From the NCBI RefSeq assembly GCF_001447785.1, contig NW_015160873.1, positions 191,315 to 255,314 of the forward strand: 64,000 nucleotides of DNA. The letters are read 5' to 3'. Shown piece by piece: positions 50,100 through 62,279 of the stretch; within the stretch, counting starts at the first letter, position 1, and each line of letters opens with the position of its first letter. The notes under the pieces were generated by a model. The model was not told where the DNA came from, ran no database searches, and saw only the letters and a list, made by a program, of their open reading frames with translations. The stretch comes from Gekko japonicus (taxonomy: Eukaryota). A program made the translations under genes and the position numbers.

Positions 50100-50451
50100 A
50101 AGTAAAGGTAAAGGTTCCCTTACTCGAAAGCCAGTCGAATCCGACTCTAGGGTTGCGGTGCTCATCTCCGTTTCAAAGCCGAAGAGCCAGCACTGTCCGA
50201 AGACGTTTCCGTGGTCATGTGGCCGGCATGACTAAACACCAAGGCGCATGGATCGCTGTTACCTTCCCACCGAAGTGGTACCTATTTATCTACTTGCAAT
50301 TTCTTGCTTTCGAACTGCTAGGTTGTCAGGAGCTGGAACTAGAGACGGGAGCTCACTCCGTCATGCGGCACCCGGGTCTCAAACTGCTGAACTACCGACC
50401 TTCCACAGCCTGCAGTTCAGCATCTTAACCACTTGAGCCACCGCAGCTCCA
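50100..50451 (-). mobile_element. Sauria SINE, full length
   Basis: (AAAGGT)n tail on +, CCGTGGTCATGTGGCCGGCATGAC body, tRNA head; 11-bp TSD AAGAAGGGGTA (50089-50099, 50452-50462). Fragments at 54490-54650 and 59640-59785. Confidence 0.9.
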
Positions 50452-51176
50452 AAGAAGGGGTACAGAGGGGCAAATAAAATGATCAACCCTTCAAGTCCTT
50501 GAGGGTTCCCCACTTGTTGTATTGTGTTTAAAAGAGCCATGAACCTAATCTTGATGTAAAAATATCTCAGGTATTTCACAGTGACCTGATAGGGATGCTC
50601 TGGTATTAAACTGACCTCTTGTAAATTTAACAGTGGATTATAGTTGCCAAGCTTTGGTTGCTAACTGTGCCTCAGCAGAGTAACACTCTTCTAATGGATT
50701 TAGAATGGTGTAACTCTGTTTAGAATTGCACTGCAAGTCACAGGCTTTGAGAATAGAATGTGTAATCCCATTTTGTAATTGGAGAGATTATTTTGGATTT
50801 ATCTTTTGGGAAAGGCTTTTTGAAACAAAAATGGGCACAGTATATACAATATTTGGCTCCCAAAAAGATTAAAGCCAAAAATTCCCATGTGATCTTTAAG
50901 GTGTTTTTCAGCGCTCCTCTTCCTCTTGGTGGGCACATTTGAAAAACAGGTAGTTAGTTCTGAATTCATGAATACCAAGTTTCTGATTGGTAACAACAGG
51001 ACATCTTAAATATGCTTTATATATGCTCCTGAACTGATGGTTAACTAGGAAGGCTTATTTACAATTCCATTGTAAGATTTCAGTGCTTTACAATGCATAT
51101 GTGGTTTGGGCCTAAAAATCCTTCCTTGGGTTCCTCACATAGTTAATTTTGACTGGAAATCAGAATGCTCTGAATA

Positions 51177-51522
51177 TAGGGTTCCCAAATGTGCCCGGGG
51201 GGCGGGGAACCCCCCGCTTCGGAGCCCCCGAGTTCCGCCCCGGAGGAATCCGTGCCCGGGGGAAACCCCACCCCCGAAGCTGCGTCAGCGGAGGTGACGC
51301 AGTCACGTCGCTGACGTTGGGGGCGTGGCTGAGCTCGTCGGGGGGGGAAAACCATATGTTTTCCCCCCCGACGAGCTCGGCCACGCCCCCAACGTCAGCG
51401 ACGTCTGACGTCACTTCCGGTGACGTTGCAGCGGCGCGCGCGCGCGCGCAAGGATGACCAACGAACTCCCAGCCGGGACGGAGCCTCCCCCGCTGGTGAG
51501 TTCAAAGGATTTGGCAACCCTA
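51177..51522. mobile_element. Young CpG-rich hAT MITE with a 100-nt internal hairpin
   Basis: TIRs TAGGGTTCCCAAAT / ATTTGGCAACCCTA; perfect 8-bp TSD TCTGAATA (51169-51176, 51523-51530); palindrome at 51305-51404. Confidence 0.92.
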
Positions 51523-51622
51523 TCTGAATAAGATTGACTTGAGAGTTGGTAATGAAATATTGTATGTTTGGGAAATGCCTCTGCTTGTGATTGGTTTGGG
51601 AACTCTTGATGCCAATTTGGAG

Positions 51623-51783
51623 TAGGGTTGCCAGGTCCACCCTGGCCACCAGTGGGGGATGGGGGGGTAGGGTTACCAGATCCAGGTTAGGAAACTCCTG
51701 GAGATTTGGGGATAGAGCTTGGGGAGGACAGGGACCTCAGTGAGGTAAAATGCCATAGAGGCTACTCTCCAAAGCAGCAGCAG

Positions 51784-51818
<35 letters not shown>

Positions 51819-52124
51819 GCAACAACAACAACAGCAACAACAGTAACAACAACAGTAACAACAACAACAGTAACAATAGTAACAACAACAACAACAGTAA
51901 CAACAGTAACAACAGTAACAGTAACAACAGTAACAACAACAGTAATAACAACAACAGTAACAACAGTAACAACAACAGTAACAACAACAACAGTAACAGT
52001 AACAACAACAATAACAGTAACAACAACGATTATTATTATTACTATTATTATTATTATTTCTTCCCAGGGGAACTGATCTCTGTAGTCTGGATATGAGCTC
52101 TAATTTCAGGGGATCCCCAGGGGG
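51623..52124. mobile_element. TAGGGTTGCCA-type MITE containing a compound microsatellite
   Basis: Family body CCAGGTTAGGAAACTCCTGGAGATTTGGGG...CCAAAGCAGC [repeat] ATTTCTTCCCAGGGGAACTGATCTC. Confidence 0.7.
51773..52058. repeat. Compound trinucleotide microsatellite (AGC)/(AAC)/(AGT) followed by (ATT)
   Basis: About 285 bp of triplets; generates the spurious poly-Leu ORF. Confidence 0.97.
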
Positions 52125-52502
52125 AAAGAAATAGATACATCCTTAGGAATGAAGGGAGATGGGTGTTGCCTTCTATTCCCTGAACTTGGGTGTGTGTTTA
52201 ATCAATTGCCTGTTATGGAAACTAAATCAATAGCTTTGAGGTTTATATTGGGTCTGAGATGTGCATCTGGAAAGAATGGTAACTTAATTCCCAATAAACT
52301 AAACATTCAATCAATTGAAAATATACATCAAAATGGAAAGGTGATTTGTTTGCTGACATCTGTTATCTAAGCTTGAATATGTGGGTACAAACCAGGACTG
52401 CCAGTTCTCAACTAGCATGGCTGGGCTTTTTCCTTATGACAGACTGTCTCATGATGACTTTTTGAAGCAGAGAAGGGGAGAGGCTGGTCTTCCCTTCTTT
52501 CC

Positions 52503-52690
52503 AGAGTGGTGTAATTGTTAAGAGCAGCAGTCTCTAATCTGGAGAACCAGGTTTGATTCCCCACTCCTCCATATGAAGCCAGCTGGGTGACCTGTCTGTT
52601 GTGAGGAGGGGAAGGGAAAGGAGTTTGTAAGCTGCTCTGAGACGCCTTTGGGTAGTGAAGGGCGGGGTATAAATCCAATCTCTTCTTCTT
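52503..52690 (+). mobile_element. Squam3-type SINE (internally deleted)
   Basis: Head and (TTC)n tail as in 47843-48123. Confidence 0.7.
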
Positions 52691-52795
52691 CAGTGGCTGT
52701 TGCTAGGCAACCAAGCTTGTTTCTGTCAGTAAAAAGACAAAGGAAGGAAGCCCTTTCTAGGCCTTTGTGGGGAACTCATTGGGGCCAGTCCTGAC

Positions 52796-53014
52796 TAGGG
52801 TTGCCAGCTCCAGGTTGGGAAATTCCTGGATACTCTGTGATGGAGTCTAAGGAAGCCAGAGTTTGGGGAGGGAAGAGGACTCAGCTTAATAGAATCCCAT
52901 AGAGCCCACCCACCGAAGCAGGTATTTTCTCTGGGGGGGGGGGAGATCTGTTGTCTGGAGTTCAGTTGTGATACCCGGTGATCTTCAGGCTCCACCTGGA
53001 GGCTGGCTATCCTA
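52796..53014. mobile_element. TAGGGTTGCCA-type MITE
   Basis: TAGGGTTGCCAG...CTGGCTATCCTA ends; no TSD found. Confidence 0.65.
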
Positions 53015-54111
53015 GGCGTAGTAGTTAGTGCTTCAGAGCAGGGTCTGCTAGACCGAGGTTCTTGCTGTGGAAGTTGAGTCGGTGATTTCAGACCACTCAC
53101 AGACTTTCAGCCTAACCTACCTCACAGGGTTGTTGTGCAGATCAAAAGGGGGAGAGGAGAATGATGTAAACTGCTTAGGTCTCCACTGTGGAGAAAGACT
53201 GTACTTTTCCTCCTGGGGAACCATTGCTGCCAATCTCCAGGTGAGGGCTGGAGATCACTCAGAATTAAAACTTCTCTCCAGATGGCAGAGATCAGGGGCA
53301 GATAACGGTAGGTTGATGGTTGGCTGGGAAGGAGATAGGGATCCCACCTCCAAGTTGGGAAATTCTTGGAGATTTGAGGGGTGGAGCCTGAAGAGGGTGG
53401 GGTTTGAGGAGGGGTAGGACGTCAGACAGGTACAATGTCATAGACTTCCCCCTCCAAACCAGCCATTTCCTCTCGGGGGACCGTTGCTGCCACTCTCCAG
53501 GTGAGGCCTGGAGATCACTCAGAATTAAAACTGCTCTCCAGATGGTAAAGATCAGTTCCCTGAGAGAAAACGGCTGCTGTGCAGGATGGACTCTGTGTCA
53601 TTATACCCTGCTGAGGTTGCTTCCCTCCTGCTTGGGTCCCTACTGAGGAGAAAGAATATAGTTTTCCTAGGTAGAGGCTGCAGGTGTGTGTGGGTGGAAA
53701 CCTGAATTCAGAGGGGCAGATAACAGTATGTTGGTGGTTGGCCGGGAATTTTAATTTAAATTTGGCTGGAGATGGGGGGGGGGGGTTGAGGTGGTGTTGG
53801 ACCTCAGACAGGTACAAACCCATAGACTTCAAACCATCCATTTCCTCCTGGGGAACAATTGTTGCCAATCTCCAGGGGAGGGCTGGAGATGACTCAAAAT
53901 TACAACTGCTCTTCAGGTAGCAGAGATCAGTTCTTCTGGAGAAAATGGTGGACTCTGTGTCATTATTCCCTGCTGAGGTTGCCACAGCAAATTGACACTG
54001 AGAGCCTGAGGCCAGGGCACTTTTCCAGAGCCTCTTTCTAGAGCTCGTTGTATTTATTTTCACAATGAGCCCTATTCCTAGTCCTTAAAATAAAGTGACA
54101 TGAGTTTGGCA

Positions 54112-54356
54112 TAAGGTTGCCAACTCCAGGTTCAGAACTACTTGGAAATTTGAGGGTGGAGCCTGAGAGAGTGGGGTTTAGGGAGGGGAGGGACCTTGGT
54201 AGGGTATAATGCCATGCAGTCCACCTTCCAAAGCAGCCATTTTCTCAAAGAGAAGTTGAATAAATGTCTTATATACATAAAAAACAAATAAGCAATTGCG
54301 TGGTCAGTTGTAATTCCAGAAGAACTCCAGCCCCCACCTGGAGGTTGGCAACCCTA
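54112..54356. mobile_element. TAGGGTTGCCA-type hAT MITE
   Basis: TAAGGTTGCCAAC / GTTGGCAACCCTA; TSD GTTTGGCA / GTTTAGCA (7/8). Further partial copies at 59209-59340 and 62385-62585. Confidence 0.8.
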
Positions 54357-55084
54357 GTTTAGCATGATGGTATTTTAAAAGCGAGAGAAATTGGGATGGA
54401 GTTCTGGATTATAGGAACGAGTGGGGGAATATATATCCTGGAGATGTAATTAACTCCATGCCCAGTAGGTGGCAATAATAAAACCTAGTTAGGTAAAGGT
54501 TTCCCTTGCTCGAAAGCCAGTCGAATCCGACTCTAGGGATGCGGTGCTCATCTCTGTTTCCAAGCCGAAGAGCCAGCGCTGTCCAAAGACATTTCCGTGG
54601 TCATGTTGCCGGCATGACTAGACACCGAGGCACACGGAATGCTGTTCCTAGTTAGGCTTTGCCAAACGGGTACAGGTCTCGCAAAATAAGGTTGTTTGTG
54701 TTTTCTATCCGATTGCTGTGAATGGTGGGCATGCCTTGGAAAGTCAGAGCCTGAGGTGGAAAGAATGCTCATGTTCCTCAATGGGGGCTGACTGTTAGGA
54801 GATATTCTCCAGATTGCTTTGTTAAGTAGCTACGAGAGCATGACCAGCTCTCTCACCTCCTAGCTGAGCTGAGAGAAGCAGCTAAAGAAATGGCAGGTTT
54901 GACTTTGGAAGATATGTGGGAAGAGAAAAGCAGATAGCTGTTGGCAGAAAAACCTTAGGATGCAAGGTCTGTCTTTTTCTCTGTGGATTCATGGGACTGC
55001 TGCCCTTTAGGAACGCTTCTTTAGTGCAGCCTGGGCTGTACCTAAATATTTGTAAATAAAGCAAATATAACAAAAAGCAATAGA

Positions 55085-56855
55085 ACAAAGTTAGTGTCCA
55101 GTGGCACCTTTAAGACCAACAAAGTTTTATTCAAGGTGTGAGCTTTCGTGTGCACACACACTTCTTCAGACAATGAAATGGAATTACAGAACACAGTTGT
55201 ATATATAGATGGTGGCTTGTTAAATTAGCATGCAAAATAGTGAAGATGTTTTTAACAGATAAAATGAATGACAAGCTTGGTTTCTGGTTATCATCTGTTT
55301 GGGTTCAACTGGGGGGGGGGGTAATATGTCAGAACTAGAGATGTAAAATTTCCTGAAATTTTGAAGCGCGGAAAAAAAACCCCATTTTTTTTCGGGGAAA
55401 AACAGAAACTTTTGGAAAAATTGAAAAAAATGCTACATTAGCACTTCTTTTTTCTTTTCCAGATTGAAAGTCATTCTGTTACTTTAGGAACATAAAATAT
55501 TACTATGGACAATTTTACTTGGCATGAAATTATCACAACTAGCATATTAAAAATATAGTGTATCCAAACAGTTATTACAAACAGAATGTACTTTTAAAAT
55601 AATATTTATTTGCAATGGTAACAAATGGAGCAACAATCTCCTGAACTGTTTACTAGTTTATGTAGAACAGACAAAAAAACCTCCATGAAACAATTTTTAA
55701 AAATCCAGAAGTAACAATTATTAATATTTCCTCTCCACAGTATTAAATAATTAAAAAAACACTTCTGATAAAAAGAATTGAAGAGGGGGGAAGTGTATAG
55801 AAGGGAGTGTGGGACTAAGTTTCAATGAATGGGCATGAAATTTAATCAGAATCATTTTCTGAGCTGTAATTATCAGTTTCAGTCTCTGCTTCTGCAGCTA
55901 CTCTGTTGTGTCTATCATTATCCATTGGATAGTTCAGTTTGTAACCTAGGACTTGCTTGTCCTTAGTGCACAGAAATTAGAATAATCTGATACCAAACAT
56001 ATTTTTTAGAAATGATTTGGAAAATATTTGAACACCTTGTCTTAAAATATTTTATTCATCATGTTAAAATAAAACATTCCATAATCAATTTTTTTCCAAT
56101 TTGTTTAGAAAAAAACAAAAAAAAGTGTCAGGAAAAAAATGGGAAAAAACTGTTTCCCCCCCAAATTTTTCTGTTTTTTTCTGGGCCTTCACATCTCTAG
56201 TCAGAACTGGAGACTGATGTACCCTAAATTGTGAGAATTCAGTCATTAGATTCTATCCATCTCCTTACTAGCATGGAGGCACACTTTAAAGCATCTTGGC
56301 CATGTAGAGTATTTTTCTTGTCCCCAAAATACAGAATTACATTTAAATCCACCATTCCAAATTACATTACATATTCAATTATATTCTAAGCACAGTAAAC
56401 TGAGATTGTTTAAAAAATAACATTTTGCTTCATTAAAACATGGAGTTAACTGACATAATCCTTTTCGTGGGGTGCAGTGTTATGTCAGAGATCAACAAAA
56501 TATTGCACTGCATGGCAATCACTATTATAATATACTATTTTTAAAAACACATTAAAATACAGGCAGTGTATAGCCCTTCTTGGTGAGAATACATATGTGA
56601 GGATTGAACAAGTTAGCATATGTAATGGGATAAGAAACCAATATCCCTGGAGGGGTGTTTGTTCTGAGTGTTGTAATAACTTGTAATTCAGCAATATCCC
56701 TTTCCATTCTGTTCCTGAAGTTCCTTTGCAATAGAACAGCTACTTTGAGGTCAGCCATTGAATATCCTGGAAGGCTGAACTGTACCCCTACAGGATTCCC
56801 AGTCTTGTGATTTCTGATGTCAGATTTGTGTCCATTTATCCTTTGGCATAGGCTA
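55085..56855 (-). mobile_element. Penelope-like retroelement remnant (GIY-YIG fragment)
   Basis: SLCQRINGHKSDIRNHKTGNPVGVQFSLPGYSMADLKVAVLLQRNFRNRMERDIAEL; terminal repeat at 55097-55170; same family as 32085-33525. Confidence 0.8.
55336..56199. mobile_element. 864-bp non-autonomous hAT element nested in the Penelope-like element
   Basis: TIRs TAGAGATGT / ACATCTCTA; perfect 8-bp TSD GTCAGAAC (55328-55335, 56200-56207). Confidence 0.88.
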
Positions 56856-57171
56856 TACAGGGGAGGTAGAGTAGGGGAGGGGAGAGGTGTAAATGGAGGA
56901 GGAGGCAGCCAACGAGGAGGCTGGAGAATCCACTGGCTGGCAGAGAAAGACATCAGGGACACTAATTCCAGGGGGCAGGAGAGGTGGTGGCATAACCCCA
57001 TCCATGCCCCATAACTGAGGTACCTTCAATCCATTCCTCCACCCCTCTCCTGGGACCGAGTAGACGTGGTCCACCAGGTGGGGAGATAAGGGCCACACAC
57101 ACAAGAGTGTGGTGGCGACCGCTGCACAGTCAATGGCTGTTGAGGAGGGCCGTGACAACATGTTATATATA

Positions 57172-57332
57172 TACCATCAAGTTGCTTCTGACTTATGGTC
57201 ACCCCTATGAACGAATAACTTCCCTAACATCTGATTATTGCTCAGGTCTTGCAAACTGAAGGCCGTAGCTTCCTTTACTGAGTCAATCCATCTTATGTCA
57301 GGTCTTCCTCTTTTCCTACTGCCTTCAGCTTT
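57172..57332 (-). mobile_element. RTE LINE 3' fragment, followed by an L2-type tail (57340-57600)
   Basis: GACTTATGGTCACCCCTATG...AGTCAATCCATCT...GGTCTTCCTCTTTTCCTACTGCCTTC. Confidence 0.6.
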
Positions 57333-59869
57333 GATCTCATTTATTTATTTATTTTTGTTGATTTCTATCCCGCCCATTCTGGCCTAGGCTGGCTCAGGGC
57401 GGCTCACAACAGTATAAAATTTACATAAGATAAAAGACAGTTCATCACATTAATAAATAATACAATAATATAAAACAGTGTTAAAATCAACTATAGTAAA
57501 GTGCTAGCATTTTCGATATTACCTAAGATTCTATTAGTCTGCTTCAGTTGTAGAAGAGAGGGGAAGGACTGGGCCAGGCAGTAGAGTCACAGGGACCTAT
57601 TTGATCTGGACTGTCAGCTGATCCATGCACAACATGCACAACAGGCCACAGCCTGCATAGGCATAGTGCTGGCAGGCTAATGTTCCACACACAGCAGCAT
57701 TGTATGCATAGCGGTGCAGTTTAAACAAGATGCTGAGCATGTGTAAGATGACACAGGTAAACTCTGTCAAGCGTCTCATTTAAATTGGGCCTTGAAATAC
57801 AAGCTCTTCAGGCAGAGGATCTGTCTCCTCACCTAAGAATACTTACAGCACACACTGATGACCATTTAAATAATGATACAAAGCCTTACGCGGCTATAAT
57901 GTTCCTTGCTCTGATGCAACATCTGGAGTCTCTGGCTGTGGTTTTGCTAAGTGGTGCTAATGATGTTTCACTAATGTGGAAACAGGCATACTCTTATCCA
58001 GTGTATACCCTCTCAGCTACAGGAATGAACATGAGCAGTTAGATTCGCTTCGGATTTAGTATATCTTTTGTGTGTGACCATGTGGATATCCCCCCCCCCC
58101 CGGTATTAAAGCTGTGCTTATCCTATCACAAACAGGCTGTTCTAAACATTTTAAATATCTTCAGAATGTAGACAATGTCCCACAGATGTTTATTTTGTAT
58201 TTGCTGCCCCTTTTTCTAAAAGTCTTTCAAATATTATTATTCAAAAGATTTTGTTTGACAATTCATGCTTCTTGGCTGCAAGCAAAGAGCTCTGTGAATA
58301 AGGAGCTGGCAGAAGCAAGAAACATTTAGAGAGGGATTAATAATTGCATGTAGCTCAGTGCCATCTCACTGCCAGTACAGCTGGTTTATTATTTTAACTA
58401 TGAATTGTTTTAAATGTATTGTAAATCCACTTGGGAGCAGTTAAGGCTGAAAGATGGTGTGTAAATATAAGAATTAAATAAGCTGTCCACAGGCGTCTTA
58501 GGATCAGATGAAACTGGGAGCTAGCGAGCAATAGGGTAGCATTGTACAAAATGCTTCACAAAGTTAATTGGATAAGTTATTAGGGACTGTGGTCTATACA
58601 ACAGTGTATATAGTTTGCTGTAAGTCAGATCCTATTATGTAATGTTGCAACGTTTAATGTGTCATGTTAAAACTTAATGCTTTGCTTCGGTTCTATTTTT
58701 TAGACTTCTGTTTCGTTCTACAACCCAGATCCTGTATTGTTGTTTATTGAATGTCCCTTCTTGTTGATTTATTCATTTATACCTCACCTTTCTCCCCAAT
58801 GGGGACCCGAACCAGCTGGCATAATTCTTCTCTCCTATCACCACTTTCTGGATTGACTTGTAGAGAGGAATAATCCATTTATTTATTTAGAACATTTTAA
58901 TGCCGCCTCTCCAGGAAGCTGCCTGAGGCAGCTTACAAAATAAAAATAGTAATAACAAAAAATCAGTGGACTGGAACTGCTGAAAGATGGTGCCTCCTAG
59001 TCTTGCTAGGTGGTCCATAAGGATACTCGGGATATCCAAAGGCGGCTGAGAAGTCCAAATACAGTAGCAGGGATGTACGCATCCATCTGTGTCCCAGAGG
59101 GGACTCTCAAGAGAGGTGACCACGGCCATTTGCAGAGTCAAAGGCCAGAAATCAGACTGAAAGGGATCTAGTCTTGTTTAAAAGACTCTGGAGTTGACAT
59201 TCCTCACTTAGGGTTGCCATGTTTTCCCGGGCCACCAGGCGTGGGAGGTAGGGTTACCAGCTCTAGGCTGGGAATCTTCTGGAGATTTGGGGGTGGACCC
59301 TGGGGAGGACAGGGACCTCAGTGGGTATAATGCCATAGAGTGAAGTGAAAGTATCCATCAAACTAGGATATATCATGTGAATTAGTGTGCATGTGTTCTT
59401 TTGTTGTGGCTTGCTGGAACAAGTTGTGTTTATTAATTTAACATATTCAGCTTTTCTCCCCAGTGGGGACCAAAACCAGCTAATAGTACACAGAGAAAAA
59501 CAATAAACCAAACAAGAAAGGGAGGGGAGACGTCCAGTGGTCACACAGGTCTCTCTCCGGCGCTGGTTGATCGTCTGCTCAGCTTCTAAGCCTGACCTTC
59601 AGGCTAACATCCAAAACAGAAGAGCCCTTTGACTTCTGCTTTACCTATTTATCTACTTGCAACTTTTTGCTTTCGAACTGCTGGGTTGGCAGGAGCTGGG
59701 GCCAGAGACAAGAGCTCACTCCATCACACGGCACTCAGGTCTCGAACTGCCGAACTACCGGCCTTCCAATCTGCAGTTCAGCAGAACAGAACAGCACTTA
59801 AAACATAGAACAACATTTAAACCCCCAATCAAAAGTCAGTTAACATTACAATCTGATGGCAATTAATAA

Positions 59870-60362
59870 TACTATGTGGAGTGTCTACATCCTGGTAGAC
59901 TCAGCATGTGGTATAGATGGAGCCCACACAATGAGAAAATAGGTGGCGAGGAGCAGACAGATGGAAAATGCTTGAACGAGTAGAACAGATGGTACTTGCT
60001 CAGACAGATGGAATATGCTCGAAGAACAAGCAAAACAGAATGGGGGGAGCCCAATGTGAATAGAAGTCTGCTGCCTCGGCCATAAGCCTGGCAGAACATC
60101 TCCGTTTTGCAGGCCCTGTGGAATGGTATTAGATCCTGCAGGGCCGGGATCTCATGTGGGAGAGTGTTCCACCAGGCTGGCACCAGGGCTGAGAAAGCCC
60201 TGGCTCTGGTTGAAGCTCAGCAGACCTCCTTTGGGTTGGGGATCACCAGCAGATCTTGATTCATCAAGCGAAGACCTCTTTGAGTGCTGTAACAAGAGAG
60301 ATGGCCCCACAGATATGTTGGTCAAAGACCGCATAGGGCTTTAAAGGTTAAAACCAAAACCT
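59870..60362 (-). mobile_element. L2-clade LINE 3' fragment
   Basis: PAWWNTLPHEIPALQDLIPFHRACKTEMFCQAY; related fragment at 58875-59190. Confidence 0.75.
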
Positions 60363-61999
60363 TTACTGTTTTCCCACTGAAAACCACCACCTGCAAATGG
60401 CTTCTCACCCCGGGGCAGGAAGCAGGTATTGATGTTTTAATAACTCCTAAGCTACTGCTGCACCATCACTGTTATCTGAGATCAGCTCATGAATTTTAAA
60501 AGTGCCATTCAAGTGTGATGCTACATTAATAGAAAAGGGAAATTGGAACCTGTCTCTCCTCCCACCATGAAATCTTGCTTATTATAGTTCTGCTTCCAGC
60601 TGTTATGTGCTTTGAAGCTTCTCTTGTGTGTGTGTGTGTATTTCATAGGCAAGTGGGGGGAGGAAGCAGGAAGAAACTGCGGAGGAAAAGTGGGTCAGGG
60701 CAGGGGGTAAGCACCATGTTTGCTGCTTTTTATGTACAAATCCCCTCCACAAGCACCTTGTGATCATCAGCCCTCAACACTGCCCTCAACATTCTGTGCC
60801 ACTGCCGGATGTCGAGTTATGCCATAAGTCCAGTGAACTTGATCCAAGTGTCTTTTTGACTGCGGTCGAAACCAGGAAGGGTGATCGACATGAGGCAAGG
60901 GCGCTTTCTGTTATTCTTTATTGTGCCATCTGTTGTTTTGTTGTTTTATCGCTTTTATTGTTTTATGATTCTTGTGTTGTAAGCCGCCCTGAGCCCACTC
61001 ATGGGTTAGGATGGGGTATAAATTAAATAAATAATAAATAAATCTATGGGTAGAGAACTGTTGCTGTGGGAAGGATTAAGCACCCCAAGCCCTGCTACCT
61101 TTTCTTCCTGGCTTCTTTTCTTCCTGGAACTCTGTGTAACAAGTTGTTTGGCTGTCAGGGTCTTAATGCAGAGAATATTCTGAGCAGTAATTCTGTAGGC
61201 ACATAAGTACCCGGGGTAAAAAAGCCCTGCTCACTGTCAGACGGTGAACAAGTGCTTGCAGGAAGGGGGGCCATTGTGACATGGGACCTGCTATATTCAA
61301 TCCTCAGATCCAAGCAGATACGCTTAGCAGCCTACAAACTGTTGGCGTGTTTCATGCTTAGAATAGTACATGGCACCACAGGAGGCCTTTTCAGCACTGA
61401 AAGTGAAAGATTGTTTGCATTGTGGGCTAGTGCTTCCCACGGTCTGTAACACTGAATTTCTATAATAGGAGAAATACATTTTGAAGATGGGAATGTTTTG
61501 CTCAGTTAGGTCAGTGATTTTAATCTCGTCACTAAATCAAGTATGAAAAGAAGGCGAGCCTGAGTAATGAGTAGGTCATGTAACAAAGTACTGTAAGGGA
61601 GAGATGCAACTTGCTGAAGGGACTTGGCTTGTGGGCACATTCCTGGCTGCCACTGCAAGCTCCTCTCCGCCCACTTGAGGCTCGTTGAAAGATACGAAAG
61701 GGGGACTTTCACACTCCTGCTTCTTATGATGCATCTGGATTGTTCCAGGCCTTGCTAGTTCCCGCTCGCTACTGCAAATCTCCCCTTCCCAACCCAAGAC
61801 TGTGGAAGCATTTGAACAAGGAATCTCCCTTGTGTAGCTTGTCATCTCCTCTGTTCTGCCATATCACTCACTATTATGATATAGCTGCTATTTGCTGTAA
61901 AAAAGTGTAGCTTTGGGATTTGGGATAGATGTTTCGGACTACGTGTGTGTATTAATTCTAGTTTTCAATTTCTTGTGGAAATATGCTGATTTTGATCTG

Positions 62000-62279
62000 G
62001 AGGAGGAGGAGATCGGATTTATATCCCGTCCTTCACTACATGAAGGTGTCTCAGAGTGGTTTACAATCCCTTTCCCTTCCCCTTCCCACAACAGACACCT
62101 TGTGAGGTAGGTGGGGCTGAGAGAGCTCTCTTGAGGTCCGTCCTTGAAAGAACAGCTCTGAAAGAACTTATGACTGACCCAAGGTCACACCAGCAGCTGC
62201 ATGTGGAGGTGTGGGGAATCAAACCCGGTTCTCTGAGATTAGAGTCCGTGTTCTAAACCACTACACCAAACTGGCTCTC
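62000..62279 (-). mobile_element. Squam3-type SINE
   Basis: Near-complete copy similar to 24457-24738. Confidence 0.8.

Noticed and set aside
51673-52026. 117-aa poly-leucine ORF
   Set aside because: Reverse-strand reading of the trinucleotide microsatellite inside a MITE; non-ATG start and no gene context.
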